Assembly: GCA_947567695.1 (NCBI GenBank)
Contig: CANONT010000002.1
Coordinates: 23,636-87,635, forward strand
Direction: 5' to 3'
DNA from: an uncultured Clostridium sp.
GTDB lineage: Bacteria; Bacillota; Clostridia; TANB77; CAG-508
DNA: 64,000 bases
The notes below the pieces were generated by a model that did no database searches, was not told where the DNA came from, and saw nothing but the letters and a program-made list of their open reading frames with translations. A program made the translations under genes and the position numbers. Below are positions 54,164 through 63,153 of the stretch, piece after piece (position 1 is the stretch's first letter; the number at the start of each line of letters is the position of its first letter).

Positions 54164-55891
54164 TTAATCCAATGCTTCCTTGATCATTCCCCAAACATCA
54201 TCTGTTTCCATTCCTTTTTGCCAACAACCAATTCCAGCCAAATTATGATCCATAATCAATGAAATCTTAGCCTTTAAAGAGTCTAAATCCTCTATCCATA
54301 CTTGTTTCTTATTTCCATCTTCTGTATATTCCACATAATTTTGTTTTAAATCCTCATCCCATTTTTTCTCTACATCATCTGGTAGAATATCATTCAAGCT
54401 TTTCATACTAGCTGTTTTGCTAGTTGATTTTCCTGTGCTATCTGTTGTCCAAACTCTTGTATAAAATGGAACTGCTAAAATAATTTTATCTGCCTCAATT
54501 TCTTCGGTTTGTAAAAACTTTGTCAAACTTAATTTTACCCAATCATATCCTGCGGTTGTTCCTGGTTTTGTACTTGAAACGCCATATTCATCATAAGCCA
54601 TAAATACAATATAATCTGCTACATTTCCTATGACATGTCTGTCGAAACACATAGACCATGTTTCTCCTCCATCCGGCGCTGTTACATCAACAGAAGTAAC
54701 AAGTCCTATTTCTTTTAGTCTAGGGGTTAATTCTATAATAAATCTCGAATACATATCTTTATCTTCTTGTTTCATGTTTTCAAAATCCACATTGATACCA
54801 TCTAATTTATATTTCACACAAGCATTTACTAGCTCTTCTATCAATTGTTGCCTTTTTTCATAACTATTCATAATATTCGATGTAATGGATAAACTCTTAG
54901 TTGCTACCTCTGCATTGGAAACCATTGGCCAAACCTTATATCCATTTTTATGAGCCCACTCAATATAGGCTTTTCCTTTATTTCCTATATTTTCTTTTAG
55001 ATTGCCTTTTTCATCTAAATAAAAAAATGCTGGTGACACAACATTAACACCATCTATGCTTGTCCCACTTCTATCTGGTGCTGAACCATACTTAGAGTAA
55101 TAGTCCCAAATTAAATTAATTTTTCCTTGTACTTGTTTTTCTTCTATCATAGCTTCTCGAACGACATATTCGTTTTCTAATTTGTCTGATTTGACATAGC
55201 CAACTTTTCCATTTTCAGTTCGGATTTTTGTATAGCCTTGATCCGAAGATACTACCAAAACACTATCTCCTTTTTTGATTCGATCGGTTGTTTTAGCTAT
55301 TATATTAGTCGAAGCTTTGACTGGCAAATTAGAAGACACAATTGCTCTTTTTTGTTCTCTATCCATAGAATCCATGGTAATTACATTGGTCTTTTCTATG
55401 TTTTGAATTTCTATATCATAAACATCTTTCATTTCAGAAATTGGCAAATATTCTATCCCATCTTTTTGAATGGCATGAGCATAAATTCTCTTTTCTGATC
55501 CATTTATCATAATGATATTTTCTTCAAATCCAATGGTTGCTATTTTTTTTCCATACGTTGTTATGATCTGGTTTGTTTCTTTTTCATCATAAATATATTT
55601 GTCAAAAAAGTTAGCAACATCTGGTTTGGATAGGTAAATAATGTCATCTTCTATTAAAATATCATTTTTTAGATTAGATGTGACATTTTTATTGTTAATG
55701 ACTAAGTTCGTTTTTTTGTTATCTAATATAATATAGTCATTTACAATAAGCCCCACAAATATTACTATTATAATGGCTATCATAGTAAAAAACGTTCTTG
55801 TTATAATCTTTTTCTTCTTCTTCTTTTCTTCTTTTGACATTCTTTTTTTTGGCTTTTGTGCCTTTTCAACTTCTTTTCTTTCTTCTTCCAT
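54164..55891 (-). CDS. glycoside hydrolase family 18 domain protein with N-terminal membrane anchor (YaaH/SleL-like)
   Basis: GH18 catalytic motif LDGINVDFE (DxxDxDxE). K-rich cytoplasmic N-terminus, then TM FFTMIAIIIVIFVGLIV. The ATG at 55891 follows GAGGAG; the track start at 55906 is GTG within the RBS. Confidence 0.7.
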   Translation of the reverse strand: MEEERKEVEKAQKPKKRMSKEEKKKKKKIITRTFFTMIAIIIVIFVGLIVNDYIILDNKKTNLVINNKNVTSNLKNDILIEDDIIYLSKPDVANFFDKYIYDEKETNQIITTYGKKIATIGFEENIIMINGSEKRIYAHAIQKDGIEYLPISEMKDVYDIEIQNIEKTNVITMDSMDREQKRAIVSSNLPVKASTNIIAKTTDRIKKGDSVLVVSSDQGYTKIRTENGKVGYVKSDKLENEYVVREAMIEEKQVQGKINLIWDYYSKYGSAPDRSGTSIDGVNVVSPAFFYLDEKGNLKENIGNKGKAYIEWAHKNGYKVWPMVSNAEVATKSLSITSNIMNSYEKRQQLIEELVNACVKYKLDGINVDFENMKQEDKDMYSRFIIELTPRLKEIGLVTSVDVTAPDGGETWSMCFDRHVIGNVADYIVFMAYDEYGVSSTKPGTTAGYDWVKLSLTKFLQTEEIEADKIILAVPFYTRVWTTDSTGKSTSKTASMKSLNDILPDDVEKKWDEDLKQNYVEYTEDGNKKQVWIEDLDSLKAKISLIMDHNLAGIGCWQKGMETDDVWGMIKEALD

Positions 55892-56051
55892 GGTTTTTCT
55901 CCTCACTTTTTTGTCTGTATTCCTACTATATCATAAAACTTTATTTTAGCAAATAGTTTTTATTAATTTATACTATTTTATTTTTTTCAAGTTGATTTTT
56001 AGCAAGTATTATGCTATATTTTAAAATATCACATTTTTAGGAGGGACAGAT

Positions 56052-56402
56052 ATGTTACAATTACAAGATGTTCGGCCATTCAATGCCGATTACACTTTGG
56101 ATCCAATTGCAACCGATTACCAGATTTCAAAAGGAATTCTGCGAACTCTTCTATTAAGCATCTATGAGCAATTAAATGCTTTAGATGTTGACAGGACAGA
56201 AGAAGTTTCTCAAAATCTACAAGAGATTTTCCCAAAAGAAATCCATCTGCCAAATGTATTTCTTTCTAAGCAACGTATTACAAAACTGATAAAATATGGG
56301 CTTCTTGAAAGAATAGATGATGAAATCTATTCACTGACCGATAAAAGCATAGAAATATTTACAAAAGCATCTAATAAACAAAAGGAAATGGATACTATTT
56401 AA
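56052..56402 (+). CDS. hypothetical protein, compositionally atypical (visibly higher GC than its surroundings)
   Basis: 116 aa. RBS AGGAGGGACAG. Followed by a terminator hairpin at 56423-56455. No family assigned. Confidence 0.4.
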   Translation: MLQLQDVRPFNADYTLDPIATDYQISKGILRTLLLSIYEQLNALDVDRTEEVSQNLQEIFPKEIHLPNVFLSKQRITKLIKYGLLERIDDEIYSLTDKSIEIFTKASNKQKEMDTI

Positions 56403-56422
56403 GTAACATTAAAATGTCTACA

Positions 56423-56455
56423 AGGACCTAGTTTACTAGGTCCTCTTCATTTTCC
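56423..56455. terminator. bidirectional terminator hairpin between convergent genes (AGGACCTAG-TTTA-CTAGGTCCT, then T-rich)
   Basis: Perfect 9-bp stem. CTTCATTTTCC follows on the plus strand. Confidence 0.45.
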
Positions 56456-57122
56456 TTAATATGTATTTTCTTTCATCTGTAATTCGATAAGACTCGATTG
56501 CTTTTTGCAATGCTTTATTGTAAGTAAAATCATCTAAATTGGCAGTTTCCAAATACTTGATAGTTTGGTCATAAAATTTAATCAAGCTGACGGATATTGC
56601 CCAAGCCACTGCCATTTGTACATAATAAGCTTGACTTGTAATCGAATCAAAAATTTTGAAATCTTTATCCAAATAATCTTCTTCTATGTAATAATCTAAG
56701 ATCATAACAATGCCAAAACGGATCTCAAATTCTTGCTTTGATGTTAAATATTTTTGAAGAAAACTCCACATTTCTTGTTTATTCTTCTTGGTTGCTTTTA
56801 ATCCAGCACAAAAAACATCACAAATTGCCCAATTATCAATTTTGGGTACAAATTCTTTTATTTGTTTTTGCCTTGTTTCAAAATCTTGCTTAGCTAGCCC
56901 TATCAACATTCCTTGTAACATAATCTCTTCATAATATTGGCTATCCATTTGTTTTAATAATTCCTCTATTTCATATTCCTTGAGTAATTCCTTGGCATAG
57001 TTTCTTAAAACTGGCACTCTTACTCCTATTATATTATCAGTTCCTGGACATAGACCACTATGAAATTCTTTATATTTTGGATCTGCTAGTTCTCTTAATT
57101 TTTGTTTTACTTTTTGTTTCAT
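56436..57122 (-). CDS. DNA alkylation repair protein (AlkC/AlkD HEAT-like repeat family)
   Basis: 228 aa. Overall similarity to AlkD-type all-alpha glycosylases (KYKEFHSGL...GVRVPVLR...WAICDVFC). Confidence 0.65.
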   Translation of the reverse strand: MKQKVKQKLRELADPKYKEFHSGLCPGTDNIIGVRVPVLRNYAKELLKEYEIEELLKQMDSQYYEEIMLQGMLIGLAKQDFETRQKQIKEFVPKIDNWAICDVFCAGLKATKKNKQEMWSFLQKYLTSKQEFEIRFGIVMILDYYIEEDYLDKDFKIFDSITSQAYYVQMAVAWAISVSLIKFYDQTIKYLETANLDDFTYNKALQKAIESYRITDERKYILRKMKRT

Positions 57123-57255
57123 CTTTCACTCCCTATTTTTTTATGCTATTATATCGTATTATATAGCTTTTTACAACAACTTGAATTATACCAAATATTG
57201 AAAAAAATTTCTTTTCATTATATAATAGAACAAATTTAAAGAAGAAGGTTATCAA

Positions 57256-58281
57256 ATGGAAAAATATTTAGATGTACGAAATGGTTACCAAGAACACGAA
57301 TTAGAAAAAATAGCAACCATTCTAAAAAACGGTGGTATTGTCCTATTCCCCACTGAAACAGTATATGGAATTGGCACAAATGGTTTAGACGAAAAAGCGG
57401 TTAAAAAAATTTATGAAATAAAGAAAAGAGACAGAAAAAATCCAACCAATTTATTAGTAAGTAATATGGCAATGGTAGAAGCAATTACACAAGACATATC
57501 TCCTATGGAACACAAACTTATGCAAACTTTTTTTCCTGGACCCTTTACTATTATTTTAAAAAGAAAAAAAATCGTTCCTAATATTGTGACAGCCAATTCT
57601 GATTTAGTAGGCATTCGTATGCCAGATAGTAGTATTGCCCAAAAATTAGTACAATTAGCAGGGGTTCCCCTTGCTGCCCCAAGTGCCAATATCTCTGGCA
57701 AACTGAGTGGAACCAATCTTGCTAATGTCATAGATGAATTTTCTGGTCAATTAGATTTTGCTATTGACGGTGGAGAAAGCAAAATTGGAATGGAATCAAC
57801 CATTGTAAGAGTAATCGATGAAGTTGCTCATATTTTAAGACCTGGATTTATCACCCCTGAACAAATAAAAAGAATTGCTGGCAATGTAATTTTAGAAGAA
57901 AACGAAAGCCAAATTTTACCAAGTTCTAATATGAAGCATTATCAATTAGATGTAAAATCCACCTTAATATATAGTAAAGATCCACAAAAAATGATACATA
58001 CAATTCTTTCTTCTAGCGAAAACTATTCCCATTGTGTGATTCTTTGTTGTACAGAAAATGCAAAATATTACCAAAATCAAAAAAACATAAAAAATGTGAT
58101 TGATATTGCCTCAAAAAGTGATTTAGAGAATTATACAAAAAAGCTTTTCTCTTCTCTACAAAAAGCTTCCTCCCTTTCTCCTGACATGATATTCATCGAA
58201 GGGGTTGCTAAAGAAGGTTTAGGAATTGCTATCATGAATCGCTTACTACAGATTTGTAATGATAATTATATTGAATTATAA
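57256..58281 (+). CDS. tsaC: L-threonylcarbamoyladenylate synthase (Sua5/YrdC/TsaC with C-terminal Sua5 domain)
   Basis: YrdC-domain block GGIVLFPTETVYGIGTN, K..R.....P block IKKRDRKNPTNLLV, and the later SANISGK. 341-aa length fits the Sua5 type. Confidence 0.8.
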   Translation: MEKYLDVRNGYQEHELEKIATILKNGGIVLFPTETVYGIGTNGLDEKAVKKIYEIKKRDRKNPTNLLVSNMAMVEAITQDISPMEHKLMQTFFPGPFTIILKRKKIVPNIVTANSDLVGIRMPDSSIAQKLVQLAGVPLAAPSANISGKLSGTNLANVIDEFSGQLDFAIDGGESKIGMESTIVRVIDEVAHILRPGFITPEQIKRIAGNVILEENESQILPSSNMKHYQLDVKSTLIYSKDPQKMIHTILSSSENYSHCVILCCTENAKYYQNQKNIKNVIDIASKSDLENYTKKLFSSLQKASSLSPDMIFIEGVAKEGLGIAIMNRLLQICNDNYIEL

Positions 58282-58423
58282 AAGGACTTAGAAACCATAC
58301 TAAGTTCTTTTTGTTTTACATGTCCTTAATCTCCTTATTAAAATCTAATCATAGCAAATTAAAATGATTTTTTGTGTCGTTTTAAAAAATAAATCATATT
58401 ATGTAGTAAAAGGAGGAAAAAAG

Positions 58424-58780
58424 ATGTTTAGAAGAAAATGTTATTGTATGAATAATAGTTACAAAAATGATTCATGTGAATTACAAAATGACATGATAGA
58501 AAATCAATGTAATGATGTAGTTTCTTATGAAGATTATGCCAATAGTTGTGACTGCGGTTTTGATGAAGAATACAATGTATTCCCAGAAAACCCAATGTTA
58601 GCTCAAAGCTATGTACCTTTTCAATATATGGATAAAACTTTCAAACCATGTGTTGGTCTAAAAATGGGAACGATCTTCCCTGAATTAGTTAGTCCTTATG
58701 TTCCTTGCCAATCTATGGAAGAAATTAAATATATTAAGGAAACAAATAAAATTGGAAAGGGGTGTAATCAATGTCGTTAG
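58424..58780 (+). CDS. cotJA: spore coat associated protein CotJA
   Basis: RBS AGGAGG 7 nt before the ATG. C-terminal signature NPMLAQSYVPFQYM...GTIFPELVSPYVP matches CotJA. Overlaps cotJB by 10 nt. Confidence 0.6.
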   Translation: MFRRKCYCMNNSYKNDSCELQNDMIENQCNDVVSYEDYANSCDCGFDEEYNVFPENPMLAQSYVPFQYMDKTFKPCVGLKMGTIFPELVSPYVPCQSMEEIKYIKETNKIGKGCNQCR

Positions 58781-59118
58781 AAGAAAATAGAAATTGCGGT
58801 TGCCACGAAATGATGGATCAAAATTGTGTATGCCATTGTGAATGTGAAGAAGAAAGAACAGTTGATTGCGAAGCTAGAAGAGAAATGATACAACAAATTA
58901 GATGCTATGATTTTGCTATTACAGAATTAGCATTATATCTTGATACACACCCAGAGGATGAAAAAGCTCTTTGCTTGCATAGAAAATATTGCAAAATAGT
59001 GAAAGATCTAAAAGATAAATATCAAAAAGTTTATGGACCTCTTACCATTAATTACCCTTGTAACAAGTGGAGATGGTTAGAAGAACCATGGGTTTCGTTT
59101 GGTTTGGGAGTAATTTAA
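58771..59118 (+). CDS. cotJB: spore coat protein CotJB
   Basis: MIQQIRCYDFAITELALYLDTHPEDEKALCLHRKYCKIVKDLKDKYQKVYGPLT...WRWLEEPW is the CotJB signature. No cotJC follows. Confidence 0.7.
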   Translation: MSLEENRNCGCHEMMDQNCVCHCECEEERTVDCEARREMIQQIRCYDFAITELALYLDTHPEDEKALCLHRKYCKIVKDLKDKYQKVYGPLTINYPCNKWRWLEEPWVSFGLGVI

Positions 59119-59396
59119 ACTCTAAAACCCTCTCTTTGTAAGATTTCTTCAAAAGATACTGCATTTTTTAGTTCTTTTTCTTTAGTATCTTTGCTTTCTG
59201 TTAAATAGTCTAAATACATTACTTTTTCTGTAATATCCATGTTTTCTAAAATGACAGTGGGCTCTAACCTTAATAGTTCAGAATCAATTGCTTTTTCCAT
59301 TAGAATTTTAATAGAGTTTAGACATTCTGTATTAAGTCGTGGTGTCATTTTGATTACATCTTTAATTGCTTGGATTTGTGCTTCAGACATAAACAT
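59115..59396 (-). CDS. hypothetical protein downstream of the serine recombinase
   Basis: 93-aa ORF convergent with cotJB, overlapping it by 4 nt. No family assigned. Confidence 0.35.
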   Translation of the reverse strand: MFMSEAQIQAIKDVIKMTPRLNTECLNSIKILMEKAIDSELLRLEPTVILENMDITEKVMYLDYLTESKDTKEKELKNAVSFEEILQREGFRV

Positions 59397-59493
59397 CAGC
59401 TCCTTTCTTTTTAATTTATGTATTTATTATAGCAAGTTTAACTTGAATTTACAATCTTTATTGTGAATTTATTAGAAGTTTGACTTTAAAACT

Positions 59494-61044
59494 TTAAATG
59501 GCTTTGAATTTATAATAAATATCAATATTACTATCATCTATTTCAATCTTATCAATTAATTTTAAAAGTAAATTTCTATCTATGTTATTTTCATTAAATT
59601 CTAATAATTCTTTTGTATTATTAATTAATTCTTCTTTTTTTAGCGTATTTTTGCTAATAGTTTTTTCCTTTTGAACTCGATTTTGTAAAGATTTTTTATC
59701 TGTTTCATATTGTTTAGAAAGTTTAATAAATAGATCTTCTGTAATAATTCCTTTTACTTTATCTTCATATAAAGATTGAATTAAGTTATCTTTTTCAGCT
59801 ATTTTAGAATCTAAATAATCTAATTTTTTATTATCTGTTTGAGTGTTAGAACAGATATATTCTAATTCTTCGTATTTTAGGAAATTAGCAATATTTTCTT
59901 TTAGACTAGTAATTACACTATCAATTAAAGTATCTTCTCTTAAATGGATATTTGAGCAAAATTTGCTACCATTTCTTTTATAAGAAGAACAAATACATCT
60001 AAAATATTTTCCATGATTTTTATTATAGGTTATTTTTGATTTACACTTTTTGCATAAAACTAGACCTTGTAATAAATGAGGAGAAGAAGCGGTATAATTC
60101 CATTCATTTGATTTTTTATCAAGCATAATTTGAACACTATTAAAAATATTTCTATCAATAATTGGGTTGTGATTATTTTCAATAATGATATGTTGATGTT
60201 TTGGTACATCAATAATTTTTTTTGTTTTATAATTTAGTTTGCTATATTTATGTTGTACTAAATCACCTGTATAAATTCTATCTCTAAGAATTTTAGAAAT
60301 CATGGTTGTACTCCATAAATTTGTTTTGTTGTTTGGATTATAATAGTTTGTAGTTTTTCTTTTATAGGCAAGTGGTGTTAGTATTTTATTTGTATTTAGA
60401 TATCTACATATTTCAGTTTTATTGTTTCCAGCATAATACATTTCAAATATTTTTTGAACAATAGGAGAGACTTCATAATCTACTAAAATGATATTCTTGT
60501 CCTTTTCATCTTTTTTATAACCATAAGGTAAAAAAGATTTTATGTTTTGTCCGCTAGATGCTTTTGTTAGTAAGCTAGATCGAACTTTTTTTGAAATGTC
60601 TTTTGCATACATATCATTAAAAACAGATTTAAATGGTGTCATATCATTATTGGTATTGTTATTATCGAATGTATCAATTCCATCATTTAAAGCAATATAT
60701 CTTACATTTTTTAATGGAAAGTATTTTTCTAAATAATAACCTGTTTCAATGTAATCTCTGCCAAGTCTTGATAAATCTTTTGTGATGACTAAATTTACAT
60801 TTCCAAGTTCAATATCATTTATTAAATTTTTAAAATCTGGTCTATTAAAATTTGTACCAGTAAATCCATCATCTACATATATTTTAAATAAAGTCCAGCC
60901 CTGACTATTTATATAATTAGTTAGTAACTTTTTTTGTGTATCAATACTTTCAGATTCTTTGTCTTTTTCGTCTTCTCTTGAAAGTCTTGTGTAAATTCCT
61001 ACTTTAAAATAAGTAGGAGGAAAGTTATAGTTTAACTCTTGCAT
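59494..61044 (-). CDS. large serine recombinase (resolvase N-domain + recombinase domain + zinc ribbon + coiled-coil)
   Basis: Catalytic N-domain VGIYTRLSREDE...SIDTQ...RLGRD. Zinc-ribbon CKKCKSKITYNKNHGKYFRCICSSYKRNGSKFC. C-terminal coiled-coil. Same architecture as SpoIVCA, SprA, CcrB and TndX. Confidence 0.85.
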   Translation of the reverse strand: MQELNYNFPPTYFKVGIYTRLSREDEKDKESESIDTQKKLLTNYINSQGWTLFKIYVDDGFTGTNFNRPDFKNLINDIELGNVNLVITKDLSRLGRDYIETGYYLEKYFPLKNVRYIALNDGIDTFDNNNTNNDMTPFKSVFNDMYAKDISKKVRSSLLTKASSGQNIKSFLPYGYKKDEKDKNIILVDYEVSPIVQKIFEMYYAGNNKTEICRYLNTNKILTPLAYKRKTTNYYNPNNKTNLWSTTMISKILRDRIYTGDLVQHKYSKLNYKTKKIIDVPKHQHIIIENNHNPIIDRNIFNSVQIMLDKKSNEWNYTASSPHLLQGLVLCKKCKSKITYNKNHGKYFRCICSSYKRNGSKFCSNIHLREDTLIDSVITSLKENIANFLKYEELEYICSNTQTDNKKLDYLDSKIAEKDNLIQSLYEDKVKGIITEDLFIKLSKQYETDKKSLQNRVQKEKTISKNTLKKEELINNTKELLEFNENNIDRNLLLKLIDKIEIDDSNIDIYYKFKAI

Positions 61045-61079
61045 TTAGCCTCCTTTCTAAGAGTTTAAATTTACGATAA

Positions 61080-61238
61080 CTATTTATTTATACCTTTATA
61101 TTTTATTTCATTTTTATCATTATTTAAATTCCAAAAAAAATAATTTTCATTTAACCATTCTTGCATTAATTCTGTAAGTGTTAAGTCATTTTCATCATAT
61201 ATATTTGTTACTTTAGGTTGTATTGAATTTTTTTGCAT
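61080..61238 (-). CDS. small ORF (52 aa) upstream of and co-oriented with the serine recombinase
   Basis: RBS GAAGGTGA 5 nt before the ATG at 61238. MQKNSIQPKVTNIYDENDLTLTELMQEWLNENYFFWNLNNDKNEIKYKGINK. Below the track threshold; function unknown. Confidence 0.25.
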   Translation of the reverse strand: MQKNSIQPKVTNIYDENDLTLTELMQEWLNENYFFWNLNNDKNEIKYKGINK

Positions 61239-61604
61239 TGAATCACCTTCTACATAAGTTTATGAACGAAAAAAATAAATATAAATTGTCCGAAGATAAT
61301 TTATATTTATTCATTTTAGTTCAAAATGTGTTTACTTATTTTTTTATATAGTTTTGTAGTAGCAATCGGAATATTAATTGTTACTAAAGTAATTATATAA
61401 TATTTTATTTGTTTTAAAAATATATACATGCAAATTTTTTTAAGGCTTACTTTTCAATGATTAGGGGAGAAAAATATATCCACTTTAATTTTGTTTTATA
61501 AATTTTCTTTTATTTCTGGAAATAAATCATAAAGATTATATCCTAATAAATCATCAAAATATGCTTTTAATTTATAGGTTTCTTTAATATGATATTGTGT
61601 ATTT

Positions 61605-62105
61605 TCATAAGCACCGATGTCTAATCATAATATCGATTAATCGTTTATCAATTGTAAAAACTTTTTTGCCTTGAGGACACATTAAGTCACACAAATTTAC
61701 TATTTTTTCTTCTATTTTGTATATATGATTTTTTATAAAATTTGTTAAAAATGGATTCTCATTAGGATCTGGAACTCCTCCAGCTACACAAATAATATCA
61801 TTATTCAAAAATGAATGTGTTAAACAGATATTACAATAATCTTCATCAAATCCTTTTTCTTTTAAAAATTCATAACCTTTTATTTCATGTTTTTCAAATT
61901 TAACACTATACTTACCAATATCATGAACATACCCAAGTGCTATTGATTTATCAACATCTACATTAAAACCTTTTTCAGTTAAAGCTTTAGCAATTCTTCC
62001 TGCTGTATTTCCTACACAAATACAATGGTCTATCCATTTATCACTTTGAGTTGTTCCTCTAAAATTTTCTAGCAATTGCAATGCTTGATTACTTGTTAAC
62101 TTCAT
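61605..62105 (-). CDS. HD-domain protein (metal-dependent phosphohydrolase)
   Basis: 166 aa. HCICVGNTAG (His) ...GYVHDIGK (HD) ...CLTHS blocks. Confidence 0.55.
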   Translation of the reverse strand: MKLTSNQALQLLENFRGTTQSDKWIDHCICVGNTAGRIAKALTEKGFNVDVDKSIALGYVHDIGKYSVKFEKHEIKGYEFLKEKGFDEDYCNICLTHSFLNNDIICVAGGVPDPNENPFLTNFIKNHIYKIEEKIVNLCDLMCPQGKKVFTIDKRLIDIMIRHRCL

Positions 62106-62115
62106 ACATTTCTCC

Positions 62116-62652
62116 TTACATTTCGTATTCTTTTATTTCACAGTTTTTCTGTCCACTCACATTTAGCAACATTCCATCTTTTGGCATTTTCTCAAAATAA
62201 AATTGTATGGCTCTTGCAACAGCTCCATGTGTAACTAATAATATATTTTTATCACTATATTTAATCTTAATTTCATCTAAAAATGAATGAACTCTAGTAA
62301 ATAGCTGTGGTAGAGTTTCAAGTCCTTCAACTGGTTTTGTTGAATAGTAATTATAGTATTCATTATTATAATATTCATCTATTTTTGTTAGTGTAAGTTT
62401 TCCATTATCTCTTTCCATTAATCTATCATCATATATTACATCTATGTTGTTTACATTTACTAATTCCATGGTATGTTTTGTTCTTTTCATAGGGGAACAA
62501 ATAATTAAATCAATATTCAAATCTTTTACAATGTGACTTGCCTTTATTGCTTGATTTATTCCTTCTTCAATAATATCTTCATCATATCTTCCATTATATT
62601 TTTTCTCAACATTACACTTTGTTAATCCATGTCTAATTACATATAATTTCAT
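62116..62652 (-). CDS. histidine phosphatase family protein (phosphoglycerate-mutase-like)
   Basis: MKLYVIRHGLTKCN gives the RHG catalytic motif. Later SPMKRT and VTHG blocks. The ATG at 62652 follows AGGAGGG; the track start at 62691 lies upstream. Confidence 0.7.
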   Translation of the reverse strand: MKLYVIRHGLTKCNVEKKYNGRYDEDIIEEGINQAIKASHIVKDLNIDLIICSPMKRTKHTMELVNVNNIDVIYDDRLMERDNGKLTLTKIDEYYNNEYYNYYSTKPVEGLETLPQLFTRVHSFLDEIKIKYSDKNILLVTHGAVARAIQFYFEKMPKDGMLLNVSGQKNCEIKEYEM

Positions 62653-63148
62653 TTTTATTTTCCCTCCTAATATCGTTTTGCCATAATGCATAAATTCCTG
62701 TAACCAATAATATAAAATCTCCTAATACCATAAACCAACTATTATAATAAATATAGTATGATCCATATAATATTCCTGTTGTTATTCCAGAAATTCTAAC
62801 TAATTTCATGTTTGATTGCCATAAACAATATGTTCTAATGATAGAACCAATAGTTGGTAATAATGATATATATCCATTCCAAGTTAATATACAATTAATT
62901 ATAATAATACTCTCAAAAAATAATAAAATTAATAAATAAATTGTCTTATTAAATTTTGATTTATTTATAAACAAGAATGTTCTTATAAAATTAATTACAC
63001 TTAAAATAGCTCCTGTGTATGCATAAATAATAAAATCATAAATTGCTTCAAATAGACAGTTTATGGATTGCACTATTAATGACTTTTTTCTTTCTTTTAT
63101 ACAAATACTTACTATTAATGCTATAAATGCTAATATGCTAAATATCAT
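62633..63148 (-). CDS. YgjV-family inner membrane protein (paralog 2)
   Basis: 171 aa; paralog of the 47706-48224 product. Confidence 0.5.
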   Translation of the reverse strand: MIFSILAFIALIVSICIKERKKSLIVQSINCLFEAIYDFIIYAYTGAILSVINFIRTFLFINKSKFNKTIYLLILLFFESIIIINCILTWNGYISLLPTIGSIIRTYCLWQSNMKLVRISGITTGILYGSYYIYYNSWFMVLGDFILLVTGIYALWQNDIRRENKNEIICN

Positions 63149-63153
63149 TTTTA

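Noticed and set aside
59115-59396. 93-aa minus-strand ORF as a cotJC fragment
   Set aside because: Wrong strand relative to cotJA-cotJB and no similarity to the Mn-catalase/ferritin-like CotJC fold. Kept as a hypothetical gene of the recombinase block.
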